A DNA stretch of 58,476 nt from an uncultured Gammaproteobacteria bacterium (lineage in GTDB: Bacteria; Patescibacteriota; Patescibacteriia; UBA1558; GWA2-36-10): NCBI GenBank assembly GCA_964394835.1, contig CAYMZA010000001.1, forward strand, positions 1-58,476, given 5' to 3'. The notes under the pieces were generated by a model. It did not search any database, was not told where the DNA came from, and worked only from the letters and a program-made list of their open reading frames with translations. The translations under genes were made by a program, and so were the position numbers. Below are positions 9,067-18,486 of this stretch, in pieces. Position 1 is the stretch's first letter. Each line of letters opens with the position of its first letter.

Positions 9067-10275
9067 ATGAGTAAAATTAATACAGATCAGAAAAAAATAC
9101 AAGAGCTACTAACCAGAGGCATAGAAAACATATATCCTACAAAAGATTACTTAAAAAAACTATTATTGTCTGGTAAACAAATAAAAATATACTTGGGAAT
9201 AGACCCAACCGGTGATACTTTACACTTAGGTCACTCTATTCAATTAAAAAAATTACAAGAATTTCAAAACTTAGGTCATAAAATAATTCTTTTAGTAGGT
9301 AACTTTACTGCTACCATTGGAGACCCTACAGATAAAAGTGCTATAAGAAAACCATTAACAAGACAACAAGTGTTAGATAATTGTAGTAATTACAAAAATC
9401 AAGCAAAAACTTTTTTAAATTTTAGAGGTAGGAATAAAGCAGAAATAAAATATAATGGTAAATGGTTTGATAAACTTAATTTCGGAGAAATATTAAATCT
9501 TTCTAGCTATTTTACGGTGCAACAACTTTTAGAAAGAGATATGTTTCAAAAAAGAATGCAAGATGGTAAACCAATTGGGTTACATGAATTCATGTATCCT
9601 TTGATGCAAGCTTATGATTCTGTTATTATGGAAGTAGACGGAGAAATAGGTGGTAATGATCAAACGTTTAATATGTTAGCTGGAAGAAGTTTAATGAAAA
9701 GTATGCTTAATAAAGAAAAGTTTGTTTTAACACTTAAATTATTAACAGATAATACTGGATTTAAAATGGGCAAGACAACTGGCAATATGGTTAGTTTAGA
9801 CAAGCCTGCAAAAGAAATGTTTGGTGGTATTATGTCATGGACAGATGGAATGATAACTGGTGGTTTTGAACTTTGCACATATACACCAGTAGAAGAAATT
9901 AAAAAAATAGCTAGAGAAATGAGACATGGTGCTAATCCTAGAGATTATAAGTTTAGATTAGCTCAAGAAATCACTGCTATTTATCATGGTGAAGAAAAAG
10001 CAAAAGAAGCGGGTGAAGAATTTAATAAAATATTTTCCAAAAAAGGAAACCCAGATAACATCAAAGAATATAATCTACAACTTGGTGATACAAACCCTGT
10101 AAATTTATTAATGGATCTTAAATTTACAACTTTTCGTAGTGAAGCAAAAAGACTTATTGAAGGAGGTGGATTAAGAATTAATAAAAAAAAGATACTATCT
10201 TGGAAAGATAGCATCGATATACAATCTGGAGATATAGTACAAGCAGGGAAAAGAAAATTTGCTAAAATTAAATAG
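9067..10275 (+). CDS. tyrS: tyrosine--tRNA ligase
   Basis: GIDPTGDTLHLGH (HIGH motif), FKMGKT (KMSKS motif), and a C-terminal S4-like domain RSEAKRLIEGGGLRINKKKI. Confidence 0.9.
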   Translation: MSKINTDQKKIQELLTRGIENIYPTKDYLKKLLLSGKQIKIYLGIDPTGDTLHLGHSIQLKKLQEFQNLGHKIILLVGNFTATIGDPTDKSAIRKPLTRQQVLDNCSNYKNQAKTFLNFRGRNKAEIKYNGKWFDKLNFGEILNLSSYFTVQQLLERDMFQKRMQDGKPIGLHEFMYPLMQAYDSVIMEVDGEIGGNDQTFNMLAGRSLMKSMLNKEKFVLTLKLLTDNTGFKMGKTTGNMVSLDKPAKEMFGGIMSWTDGMITGGFELCTYTPVEEIKKIAREMRHGANPRDYKFRLAQEITAIYHGEEKAKEAGEEFNKIFSKKGNPDNIKEYNLQLGDTNPVNLLMDLKFTTFRSEAKRLIEGGGLRINKKKILSWKDSIDIQSGDIVQAGKRKFAKIK

Positions 10276-11200
10276 TTAAATCTTTTTTGTAAAATTTAGC
10301 AGCTTCTTCTGGTTCTATTGGATTTATAATTAAACCTGAACCTATTTCAACTCCAGCCCATACAGATCCTCTAGGAACGATCTTCATGTACAAGTGTTGG
10401 TCTTCGTCGTTTATAACTTGATGAAAATAAAAATTATAAGGTAGGTTTAATAAACCTATCTTTTTTAATATATGTTTTAATATTTTAGCCCAAGATTTTC
10501 TTTCTTCTTTGTTTAAATCTGTAATATTATCTAAATGTCTTAGTGGCATTATCCATATCTCATAGTTAAACATGGAAGCATAAGGTGTAAATGCTATTAC
10601 ATTTTTATCTTTGTAAACTAAACGTGGTCCTTTAGATTCTTTTTTAATAACATCACAATATATACAATTACCTGTTTTTAATTTATATGCTTGTTGTCTT
10701 TGAGATTTATCTAACAAGTGTGGAGGTAAAAACTTGGTAGCAAATATTTGAGAGTGGGTATGTTGTAAACTAGCTCCTGCCACACCACCATCATTCTTAA
10801 AAATTAAAATGTATTCTATCTTATCATTCTTTGATATTTCTTTTGTTCTAGCTGAATATGCTTCTAACAAATTAACTATATTATCAGTGGACATCTCTTC
10901 TAACTCTTTAGTATGATCTGGTGTTTCAATAACTACTTCTTGCATACCATACGCCTTAGGATTATCCAAAGATACTGCTGGGTATTTATTAGTTATAACA
11001 TTAATATCCCATTTATTCTTTGTCCCTTTTAAGTATAAGCTAGGTGTTTTATTAATATTATGAGGACAAAATATACATGAAGAAACAAGCTTTTTAGTGT
11101 AGTTTTTAGGCGTAATAGTATCATGGGGCCTTTTTCCTCTTTTAGGGGCTATAATCACGTATTTTTCTTGAATATAGTCCTTTCTTATCTCTGGTTTCAT
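10268..11200 (-). CDS. GalT-like HIT-family hexose-1-phosphate nucleotidyltransferase / NDP-sugar phosphorylase
   Basis: CIFCPHN zinc motif and active-site GASLQHTHSQIF (HxHxQ), as in galactose-1-phosphate uridylyltransferase and ADP-glucose phosphorylase. Lies directly downstream of glgA. Confidence 0.75.
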   Translation of the reverse strand: MKPEIRKDYIQEKYVIIAPKRGKRPHDTITPKNYTKKLVSSCIFCPHNINKTPSLYLKGTKNKWDINVITNKYPAVSLDNPKAYGMQEVVIETPDHTKELEEMSTDNIVNLLEAYSARTKEISKNDKIEYILIFKNDGGVAGASLQHTHSQIFATKFLPPHLLDKSQRQQAYKLKTGNCIYCDVIKKESKGPRLVYKDKNVIAFTPYASMFNYEIWIMPLRHLDNITDLNKEERKSWAKILKHILKKIGLLNLPYNFYFHQVINDEDQHLYMKIVPRGSVWAGVEIGSGLIINPIEPEEAAKFYKKDLTI

Positions 11201-11205
11201 ATTAA

Positions 11206-12678
11206 TTATCTTAATTTATTATATAATTTTAAATATTCTTTAGCTGATCTATCCCAAGAAAAATCTTCTTTCATAATATTCTTTATCATCTTCTTCATTT
11301 TAACTTTATTACCATATACAGTCAAAACTTTTAACATAACTTTTTTCATATTAGTTATATTATATTTACTAAATACAAATCCAGTACTATTATTCTTAAC
11401 TGTATCTTTCAACCCACCTGTAGCCCTTACTATTGGCACACTTCCATACCTCATAGCAATCATCTGACCAAGTCCACATGGCTCAAAACGAGAAGGCATT
11501 AAAAAGAAATCTGAGCCTGCATATATCTCTTGAGCTAAGTCTATACTAAAAGTAATATTTGCTTTTACTTTATCTGGATAAAGTTTTTCTAATTCTTTAA
11601 AATCATCTTCATATTCAGGTTGTCCTGTACCTAAAACAACTAATTGAATATCTTCTTTTTTTAATATTTGTTTTAATGCTGGTATTAAAATATCTAAACC
11701 TTTTTGTGAAACTAATCTTGTAACTAGCCCAAACACAGGGACATCAATATTTGGTAGCTTAGAAATTTTTTGTAAATATTCTTTATTAACTAATTTATTA
11801 CTAAAAACATTTTTAAGAGAGTATTGTTTTTTAATATATTTATCTTTTTGTGGATTAAACAAATTAAGGTCAAGACCATTTACTATTCCTGCTAAGTGAT
11901 TTTTTCTTCTTTGAAGGTATTTTTCTAAATCTTCACCATATTCTTTTGTTAATATTTCTTTAGCATAAGTTGGACTTACTGTGTTAATATAATCAGCAGA
12001 AAGAATACCTATCTTCATAGCATCTATTTTATCTCCATCTTTGTCATAGTAATCTTCCATTAATGCTGGCGTTAGTCTTTTATGTAAACAAGCATAGTCT
12101 ACTATATCTAATCCTGATATTCCTTGATTGGCTAAATTATGAATAGTAAATAATGTTTTTATATTTTTAAAGTTTTTATGCAACAAGCTATATTCATCAA
12201 CAAAGGTTGGAATTAAGGCAGTGTGCCAATCATGACAATGTAATACATCAACCTGCCATTTTAATTCCTTGATTGTTTCTACGACAGCTTTAGAGAAAAG
12301 AGTAAATCTTTCTATATCTCCTATACTACGAGAATATTTTGTTTTACTAATATATTTACGTTTACCGGTATATATATTCTTACTATTAAATACTTTGTGT
12401 TTTATTAGGAAAATATTAATTGATGTTTTTGGTAATTTAGTTTTATATACATCAAAAAAAGTTTTTTGATTGTCTATGTTTAATTCTATTTTTTTCTTTA
12501 CCAACTTAACACTATACTTACTCTTACTAATACTTCCGTAATATGGAATTATTAATTTAATATTAACACCAAGCTTATTTAAGGCTTTGGGCAAGGAACC
12601 AATTACATCACCCAACCCACCCACCTTAACCAAAGGAGCAAGCTCTGCTGCTGTCATTACTATTAGCTTTCTTTTCAT
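11206..12678 (-). CDS. glgA: glycogen/starch synthase (GT5), paralogue 1
   Basis: N-terminal AAELAPLVKVGGLGDVIGSLPKAL (KxGGL). HCHDWHTAL. C-terminal FLMPSRFEPCGLGQMIAMRYGSVPIV. Confidence 0.92.
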   Translation of the reverse strand: MKRKLIVMTAAELAPLVKVGGLGDVIGSLPKALNKLGVNIKLIIPYYGSISKSKYSVKLVKKKIELNIDNQKTFFDVYKTKLPKTSINIFLIKHKVFNSKNIYTGKRKYISKTKYSRSIGDIERFTLFSKAVVETIKELKWQVDVLHCHDWHTALIPTFVDEYSLLHKNFKNIKTLFTIHNLANQGISGLDIVDYACLHKRLTPALMEDYYDKDGDKIDAMKIGILSADYINTVSPTYAKEILTKEYGEDLEKYLQRRKNHLAGIVNGLDLNLFNPQKDKYIKKQYSLKNVFSNKLVNKEYLQKISKLPNIDVPVFGLVTRLVSQKGLDILIPALKQILKKEDIQLVVLGTGQPEYEDDFKELEKLYPDKVKANITFSIDLAQEIYAGSDFFLMPSRFEPCGLGQMIAMRYGSVPIVRATGGLKDTVKNNSTGFVFSKYNITNMKKVMLKVLTVYGNKVKMKKMIKNIMKEDFSWDRSAKEYLKLYNKLR

Positions 12679-12711
12679 TTTTATTATATTAATTTTAATA
12701 ATTACATTATA

Positions 12712-12741
12712 CCAAAAAACACCTCTATTAAAAAGGTGTTT
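12712..12741 (-). terminator. rho-independent terminator after the P-loop kinase gene
   Basis: Minus strand reads AACACC-ttttt aataga-GGTGTT followed by TTTTTTGG. Confidence 0.5.
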
Positions 12742-12746
12742 AATTA

Positions 12747-13322
12747 TTAATTTTCTTTTAAGAATTCTAATACCTCTTCTACTAACTTTTCGTTTGGTAA
12801 CACTGAAGCATTTACAACAAGATGTTCTAATTTACTTTTTTTTATTAACCTTAAATATTCTTGTTGTTGTTTTATATATTCTTTTGGTTTTTGAGCTATA
12901 CGACTATAATGAGGATAAAGCTCTAAACGATCTTTTAATCTTTTTTCTAATAACCTTTCATCTTCATCAAATATAATTAAAATAATTTTAGTGTTAATGT
13001 CTTTTAACCTGTTTTCAATATTAGAATAATCAAAAATGGTATTATGATATATTTTTTGGTACACAGCTTCTGTCAAATGAAACTTTTCTACCATTACATT
13101 AGTATCGTTAATCTCTTCTAATAATTCTAAATATTTTTTTAAGGCTATTTCCCCATGTTTAGTGCCAAAAATACCAACATCACAATTAAACCAATGGCAG
13201 CCATCCATAATCTTACCACCACTATTATATTTTGGTTCAAGGAAATTAAAAACTTGACTCATTAGATAACTTTTACCAGATAATTCTGCTCCTTCAAAAA
13301 TTATATTATGTTTTGGGTTCAT
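12747..13322 (-). CDS. P-loop NTPase, nucleoside/nucleotide-kinase-like
   Basis: 191 aa. Walker A-like IIFEGAELSGKSYL resembles dNK/dTMP-kinase folds. Substrate unknown. Confidence 0.5.
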   Translation of the reverse strand: MNPKHNIIFEGAELSGKSYLMSQVFNFLEPKYNSGGKIMDGCHWFNCDVGIFGTKHGEIALKKYLELLEEINDTNVMVEKFHLTEAVYQKIYHNTIFDYSNIENRLKDINTKIILIIFDEDERLLEKRLKDRLELYPHYSRIAQKPKEYIKQQQEYLRLIKKSKLEHLVVNASVLPNEKLVEEVLEFLKEN

Positions 13323-13324
13323 AT

Positions 13325-14398
13325 TTAATGTAGGTTAATTATTTTTTTATCACCATTTGCTAATGTTAAATAATTTTCACAATCTTTTAACAAATCGTTA
13401 ATTGGATTATTTACATCTTTCATATAAAAAAGAAAAGTTGCAGTACGTAATGCTGTCCATGATTGATATAAATTAATTCTATTTATATACTTAATATCTA
13501 TATCTTTAATTTTTCTATTAAAATATTTTTCAAGTAATATTAACTTATATTTGTTTATCTTTTTACGAGAAACAAAATTATGCCCCATAAAATCAAATTG
13601 TTGTATAAATATTCCTAAATCCATCATTGGATCTCCTAATGATAAATCTGTAAAATCAATCATCTCTAAGCTTTTAGCCTTTAAACTTGTTATAATAACA
13701 TTCTCAGGATGAAAATCTCCATAAACAACCTTTTTATCAAATGTCTTAGAAAAATCTTTTTCTAATTTAACCATATCATTAAATAATCTCTCTACATACC
13801 TACCTTGTTCTTTGTTAATATTTTTAATGTCTTTTATAAACTTATCAGAAGATGGTACCATTTTGCTTATATAAAATTTAGGCCAATTATATTTATACTT
13901 TTTTGTATTAAATTTATGTAACTTTTTAACCCAACCAGCTATCAATGATAAACCATTTTCTAAATTAGAACTAGGTTTTTGTGAAAAAAAGTTAAAAAAA
14001 CTGCCTCCTTTTGATGCTTCATAAAAAAAAGCTTTTCTACTTGGTAAGAAAAATAAAGGTTTAGTAACTCTATACTTACCATTTTTAAAGCCATGGTTAT
14101 ATAAAAATTTAGTCATGGTATATGCTCCTTTTCTAGATCCATCAGAATGAGCTGAAACAAATATATCTAAATTTTTATACTTACTCTTTTTAGTTAAATA
14201 TTTTATTTTATATTCAATAACAAAAACAGCACTAGTAACCCCTAGGTGTTTTTTAAAAGGAGTTAATTCAATATTTTCTATTTTTTTAAAATCACTATAG
14301 TGTTGAAGTAGTTTTTTATTCAATAATTTTTCTGCATATTCTACATCAATTAATTTAGCAATTTTTTCTTTTGTTTGTTCTGATACTTTTTTCTTCAT
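13325..14398 (-). CDS. APH/choline-kinase-fold phosphotransferase (maltokinase-like by context)
   Basis: Catalytic loop YGDFHPENVII and metal-binding IDFTDLSLGDPMMDLG are typical of the aminoglycoside phosphotransferase superfamily. Embedded between GH57 and glgA. Confidence 0.65.
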   Translation of the reverse strand: MKKKVSEQTKEKIAKLIDVEYAEKLLNKKLLQHYSDFKKIENIELTPFKKHLGVTSAVFVIEYKIKYLTKKSKYKNLDIFVSAHSDGSRKGAYTMTKFLYNHGFKNGKYRVTKPLFFLPSRKAFFYEASKGGSFFNFFSQKPSSNLENGLSLIAGWVKKLHKFNTKKYKYNWPKFYISKMVPSSDKFIKDIKNINKEQGRYVERLFNDMVKLEKDFSKTFDKKVVYGDFHPENVIITSLKAKSLEMIDFTDLSLGDPMMDLGIFIQQFDFMGHNFVSRKKINKYKLILLEKYFNRKIKDIDIKYINRINLYQSWTALRTATFLFYMKDVNNPINDLLKDCENYLTLANGDKKIINLH

Positions 14399-14399
14399 A

Positions 14400-15551
14400 C
14401 TATTTATTATATTTACGCCAATGAGAAAACCAAGTATTTTTCTTTATGCTTATATATAATTTCTCAGCTTTTATTTTTTCACTTATATTAGCTTTGTCTA
14501 ATGATCTAATGCTTCTAATTAATTCTTCTGAGCCATTATCTATTAAATCTGGATTCCATGTTAACGGAGAAAAAGGAGATGGCCTCTTAGCCGTAGCCCA
14601 CCAAAAAGTACAAGAAGAAACACCTCTGTCTAAATGCAATCTAGACCAATAATGATTTTTATCTTTTTTATATTTGTTTACTAAACTATCTGCTAATTTA
14701 ACCAATTTCCATAATTCTTTATGTATTACATTTTTTGGATCATCCCATAATATATATGGAACATTATTTTTAATATCTCTAACGCTAGACTCCCACGATG
14801 CAGACCTTAAAGAGATGTTCTTTTTTTCTTTTAATCCTTTAATATACCCTGATATAGTTTTTACTTCTACGTTTTTATTTATTAAAACTTTTTCTAAGTG
14901 ACCTTGCCAATCCTCATGAAAATGTCCATATATTTCTGCGTCAGTTGCTGTTATAATATTCTGATTCTTAAAATTCTTCTTTAATTTATTATATATAACT
15001 TCAGCTGGATATGATTTAGATATTTTTCTATCCCTAAATACTACACTTAAACCAATTTCTTTTATTTTATATAGTATATCATCACTAATTTTTTCTTTAC
15101 TGTGTATTTCATCTAATATTAACCACTTAAACCCCATACTTTTAATTGTTTTAGCTATAGATAATGAAAACGCCATTTCTGGTAAATAAAATCCTTTTAT
15201 TTTCTTAATGTCAAAATACCCCCCTAATACTTCTTGATTAAGTTTTATTTGTCTTTTCGCTTCTTTTGTAGATAGTAATGGTAATAACGCATGATACTTA
15301 GAAGACCCCGTTAACTCTATTTGACCCGATTTAACTATCTTCTGTAGTCTTTTCAATATATCAGGTCTTAACCCCTCTAATTGTTCTATTAAATTACCGG
15401 TAATATTCAAAGAACACTTAAAATTATTATATTCTTCAAATAATGTAACTAAATAATCATAACTTTCTATACTGACCCTCTCAACAACTCCTTTGTCTTG
15501 CCAAGGAGGTTGATACATATGTAAAAAATTAATCCAAATTACTTTATTCAT
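14400..15551 (-). CDS. glycoside hydrolase family 57 protein
   Basis: N-terminal WINFLHMYQPPWQ (the HQP-type region). YLPEMAFS (candidate nucleophile Glu). ATDAEIYGHFHED (candidate acid/base Asp). These are GH57 signature regions. Confidence 0.72.
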   Translation of the reverse strand: MNKVIWINFLHMYQPPWQDKGVVERVSIESYDYLVTLFEEYNNFKCSLNITGNLIEQLEGLRPDILKRLQKIVKSGQIELTGSSKYHALLPLLSTKEAKRQIKLNQEVLGGYFDIKKIKGFYLPEMAFSLSIAKTIKSMGFKWLILDEIHSKEKISDDILYKIKEIGLSVVFRDRKISKSYPAEVIYNKLKKNFKNQNIITATDAEIYGHFHEDWQGHLEKVLINKNVEVKTISGYIKGLKEKKNISLRSASWESSVRDIKNNVPYILWDDPKNVIHKELWKLVKLADSLVNKYKKDKNHYWSRLHLDRGVSSCTFWWATAKRPSPFSPLTWNPDLIDNGSEELIRSIRSLDKANISEKIKAEKLYISIKKNTWFSHWRKYNK

Positions 15552-15563
15552 ATTATTTACCTT

Positions 15564-17033
15564 TTATTTACCTTCCTTTAAAGACTTTTTAGCTTTTTTA
15601 TACACTTGAATGTATTTCTTAGCTGGTAACTCCCAAGAAAAAGATGATTTCATACCTCTCCTCACTAACATCTTCCACACATCTTTATATTTATATGTTT
15701 CTAATGCTCTTGTAACAGCTACTAATAATTCTTGTGGATTGTAATTTTTAAAAGTAAAACCATTACCAACAGAATCATCAGGGTCAAAATTAATAACCGT
15801 ATCACTTAAGCCACCTGTTGTTCTAACCACAGGGATACAACCATAACGAAAACCTATTAACTGATTAATCCCGCAAGGCTCAAAACGAGAAGGAAGAAGA
15901 AATAAGTCAGACCCAGCATAAATAGATGTTTCCATTTTACGGCTAAACTTAACAATTCTTAATTTATCAGGAAACTTCTTTTCTATTTTATTTAATCTTT
16001 TTAAATAATCCCTACTACCATCTCCCATTATTATCATCTGAACATCTCTTAAAAGAATGGTTGGCAAGGTTTCTAAAATTAAATCAAATCCTTTTTGCTC
16101 TACAATACGTGATGTAAGCCCTATTAAAGGTGTTTTTTCTTTTATTGGAAGTTTATAAAATTTCTGTAAATACTTTTTATTTAACACCTTGCGATGTACT
16201 TTGTCTATAGTATAGTTTTTATATAATCCCTTGTCTGTTTTAGGATTATATTTGTTATAATCAATGCCATTAACAACACCAAATAATTTATACTCTCTAT
16301 GACTTAATATCCTATGAAGATCTTGACCAAGCTTTATTCTTAAAATTTCTTGAGCATAGGTATCTGAAACTGTATTTATAATATCTGCATTTAGAATACC
16401 TCTTTTAGCAAAATTAATGTATTCTAATTTTTTGTCATCTAAACTAGGTAAAGCCTTAATCCCTTTATCCCTATACTTAACCGGGATCTCCCACCAATTA
16501 GTTCCTAGTTGAAAAGTAAGGTTGTGAATAGTAAAAACAGTAGCGGTATTAGATAGAGTTTTACTATCTTTAAATCTTTGTTTTTTTAAATATGGTATTA
16601 AACCAGTTTGCCAATCATGACAATGTATAATGTCTGCTTTAAATTTTAATAATGAAATAAGTTTTAAAGCGGCTATATCAAATGTATAAAAACGAGCATT
16701 TTCATGTGTAGATCCATATAGACTTTTTTTTCTAGAAAAATATTTATCAATACTCACAAAATATACTTTTAATCCTTTTAATAATTCTGTTCTGTAGTAG
16801 CTAACCTTAATTTCATTATCTTTGTCTATAGTTAATTTAACATCACTATATATTTTTTCTAGTTTATAATTATCTCTATTTATTACTTTTTTGTATAAAG
16901 GGGTTATCATAATAACATTATGCCCCAATCGATGTAGAGATTTAGGTAACGACCTAGCAACATCAGCAAGCCCACCAGTTTTAGAATATGGGTCAACCTC
17001 TGAAGAAATAGATACTATTTTTAATGGTTTCAT
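15564..17033 (-). CDS. glgA: glycogen/starch synthase (GT5), paralogue 2
   Basis: SSEVDPYSKTGGLADVARSLPKSL (KxGGL). HCHDWQTGL. LLPSRFEPCGINQLIGFRYGCIPVV. Confidence 0.92.
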   Translation of the reverse strand: MKPLKIVSISSEVDPYSKTGGLADVARSLPKSLHRLGHNVIMITPLYKKVINRDNYKLEKIYSDVKLTIDKDNEIKVSYYRTELLKGLKVYFVSIDKYFSRKKSLYGSTHENARFYTFDIAALKLISLLKFKADIIHCHDWQTGLIPYLKKQRFKDSKTLSNTATVFTIHNLTFQLGTNWWEIPVKYRDKGIKALPSLDDKKLEYINFAKRGILNADIINTVSDTYAQEILRIKLGQDLHRILSHREYKLFGVVNGIDYNKYNPKTDKGLYKNYTIDKVHRKVLNKKYLQKFYKLPIKEKTPLIGLTSRIVEQKGFDLILETLPTILLRDVQMIIMGDGSRDYLKRLNKIEKKFPDKLRIVKFSRKMETSIYAGSDLFLLPSRFEPCGINQLIGFRYGCIPVVRTTGGLSDTVINFDPDDSVGNGFTFKNYNPQELLVAVTRALETYKYKDVWKMLVRRGMKSSFSWELPAKKYIQVYKKAKKSLKEGK

Positions 17034-17034
17034 A

Positions 17035-17532
17035 TTATTTAATCAATTGTTTATTAAAAAATGAAGCTGTTATAGCTACTGCTAAAGCGTCTGCTGCATC
17101 ATCTGGTTTAGGCACTGCATTAAGGTTTAAAATTGTCTTAACCATTAAACCAACCTGTCTTTTATGTGCATTACCGGAGGATGTTATGGCTTGTTTAATT
17201 TGTAATGGTGTAAATTCTAATGCTTCTTTATTGTTACTTTCTATAGCTAATAACATAACACCTCTTGCTTGAGAAACATCTATAGCTGTTTTAACATTTT
17301 TAGCAAAAAATAACTTTTCTACACCAATAATGTCTGGGTTGTATTTCTTTATGATTTTATCAATTTCTTTGTGTAATTCTTTTAATCTTTTTGGGAAACT
17401 TTTTGCTTTAGATGTTTTAATACTACCACAACTAATATACTTTAGCTTATTACTATTTTTTGTAATAATACCAAAACCAGTATCAGCAAACCCAGGGTCA
17501 ATTCCTAAAATAACTTTTTCTTTTTTACTCAT
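17035..17532 (-). CDS. ruvC: crossover junction endodeoxyribonuclease RuvC
   Basis: 165 aa. ILGIDPGFADTGFGII ... GVEKLFFAKNVKTAIDVSQARG ... DAADALAVAI. Confidence 0.93.
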   Translation of the reverse strand: MSKKEKVILGIDPGFADTGFGIITKNSNKLKYISCGSIKTSKAKSFPKRLKELHKEIDKIIKKYNPDIIGVEKLFFAKNVKTAIDVSQARGVMLLAIESNNKEALEFTPLQIKQAITSSGNAHKRQVGLMVKTILNLNAVPKPDDAADALAVAITASFFNKQLIK

Positions 17533-18230
17533 TAAATATCTGCATTAGTGTATATATTATTTACATCATCGTCTTCATCTAGTATTTCTAATAGTTTTAG
17601 TAGTTTTTCTGAGCTTTTTGGCTCTACTTTTTCTTTAGCTAAGTATATCATTGCTGAAGATTCAATCTTAAAACTATTCTTCTCTAAATTATTCTTAGTT
17701 TTTTCTAAATTTTCAAGGTTAGTAATAATTGTAATATTATCATTTTTAATAATATCTTCAGCACCTGACTCTATAATCAACAACTCTTCTTCGTCTTTTG
17801 TTTCTTTTTTATTTAATATTATTTCTCCTTTAGCGTCAAACATCCACATAACACTGCCCCCTAAACTGCCGTTGTGCTTATTTAATATGTGCTTAATATT
17901 AGAAACTGTTCTATTTTTATTATCAGTCAAAACTTCAATTATTAAAGCAACGCCATCTGGTCCATATCCTTCATATATAATGCTTTCTATTCTTTCTGAT
18001 GTATCTTCACCACTACCTCTTTTAATAGCCCTTTCAATATTGTCTTTGGGCATAGATAAAGACTTAGCCCTGTCTACTGCCATCTTGAGTTTGAAATTCA
18101 TATCTAAATCAGACCCATCACGAGCAGCCACAGCTATAGCTTTAGATAGTTTAGTAAACAAACCACTTCTTTTATTATCTTTAATCTCTTTTGCTCTTTT
18201 GATTGTTGACCATTTTGAATGTCCACTCAT
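17532..18230 (-). CDS. yebC: YebC/PmpR family DNA-binding regulator
   Basis: MSGHSKWSTIKRAKEIKDNKRSGLFTKLSKAIAVAARDG is the canonical YebC N-terminus. Confidence 0.95.
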   Translation of the reverse strand: MSGHSKWSTIKRAKEIKDNKRSGLFTKLSKAIAVAARDGSDLDMNFKLKMAVDRAKSLSMPKDNIERAIKRGSGEDTSERIESIIYEGYGPDGVALIIEVLTDNKNRTVSNIKHILNKHNGSLGGSVMWMFDAKGEIILNKKETKDEEELLIIESGAEDIIKNDNITIITNLENLEKTKNNLEKNSFKIESSAMIYLAKEKVEPKSSEKLLKLLEILDEDDDVNNIYTNADI

Positions 18231-18330
18231 ATATTACCCTTGAAAAAACACAAGATTAAACTTATGTAAAACATTATTTAGATATTAATATATTACCAAT
18301 TATATGGTAAAAAATCAATGGTCTTAAAAC

Positions 18331-18359
18331 TTGACTAATAGTTAAAAAAAGAATAAGGT
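18331..18359 (+). promoter_or_regulatory. candidate promoter in the yebC-divergent spacer
   Basis: TTGACT (18331-18336), 17-nt spacer, TAAGGT (18354-18359). Confidence 0.3.
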
Positions 18360-18365
18360 ATAAGA

Positions 18366-18446
18366 AAGAATAGTTCTATTAGCTCCGCCATAATCAAAAT
18401 ACATAATCTCCGTACCCATGCCTGACGGAGATTTTTTCTTTTTTCT
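18366..18446 (+). ncRNA. candidate ~80-nt small RNA or terminated leader
   Basis: Defined only by the candidate promoter upstream and the strong intrinsic terminator at its 3' end. No ORF of meaningful length. More GC-rich than the flanks. Confidence 0.3.
18405..18446 (+). terminator. rho-independent terminator (plus strand)
   Basis: 9-bp stem AATCTCCGT (18405-18413) / ACGGAGATT (18425-18433) with an 11-nt loop, followed by TTTTTTCTTTTTTC. There is no plus-strand gene upstream. Confidence 0.65.
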
Positions 18447-18486
18447 TTTCCTTTATTATTCCTCATATATTTGTTAAAATATAAGT

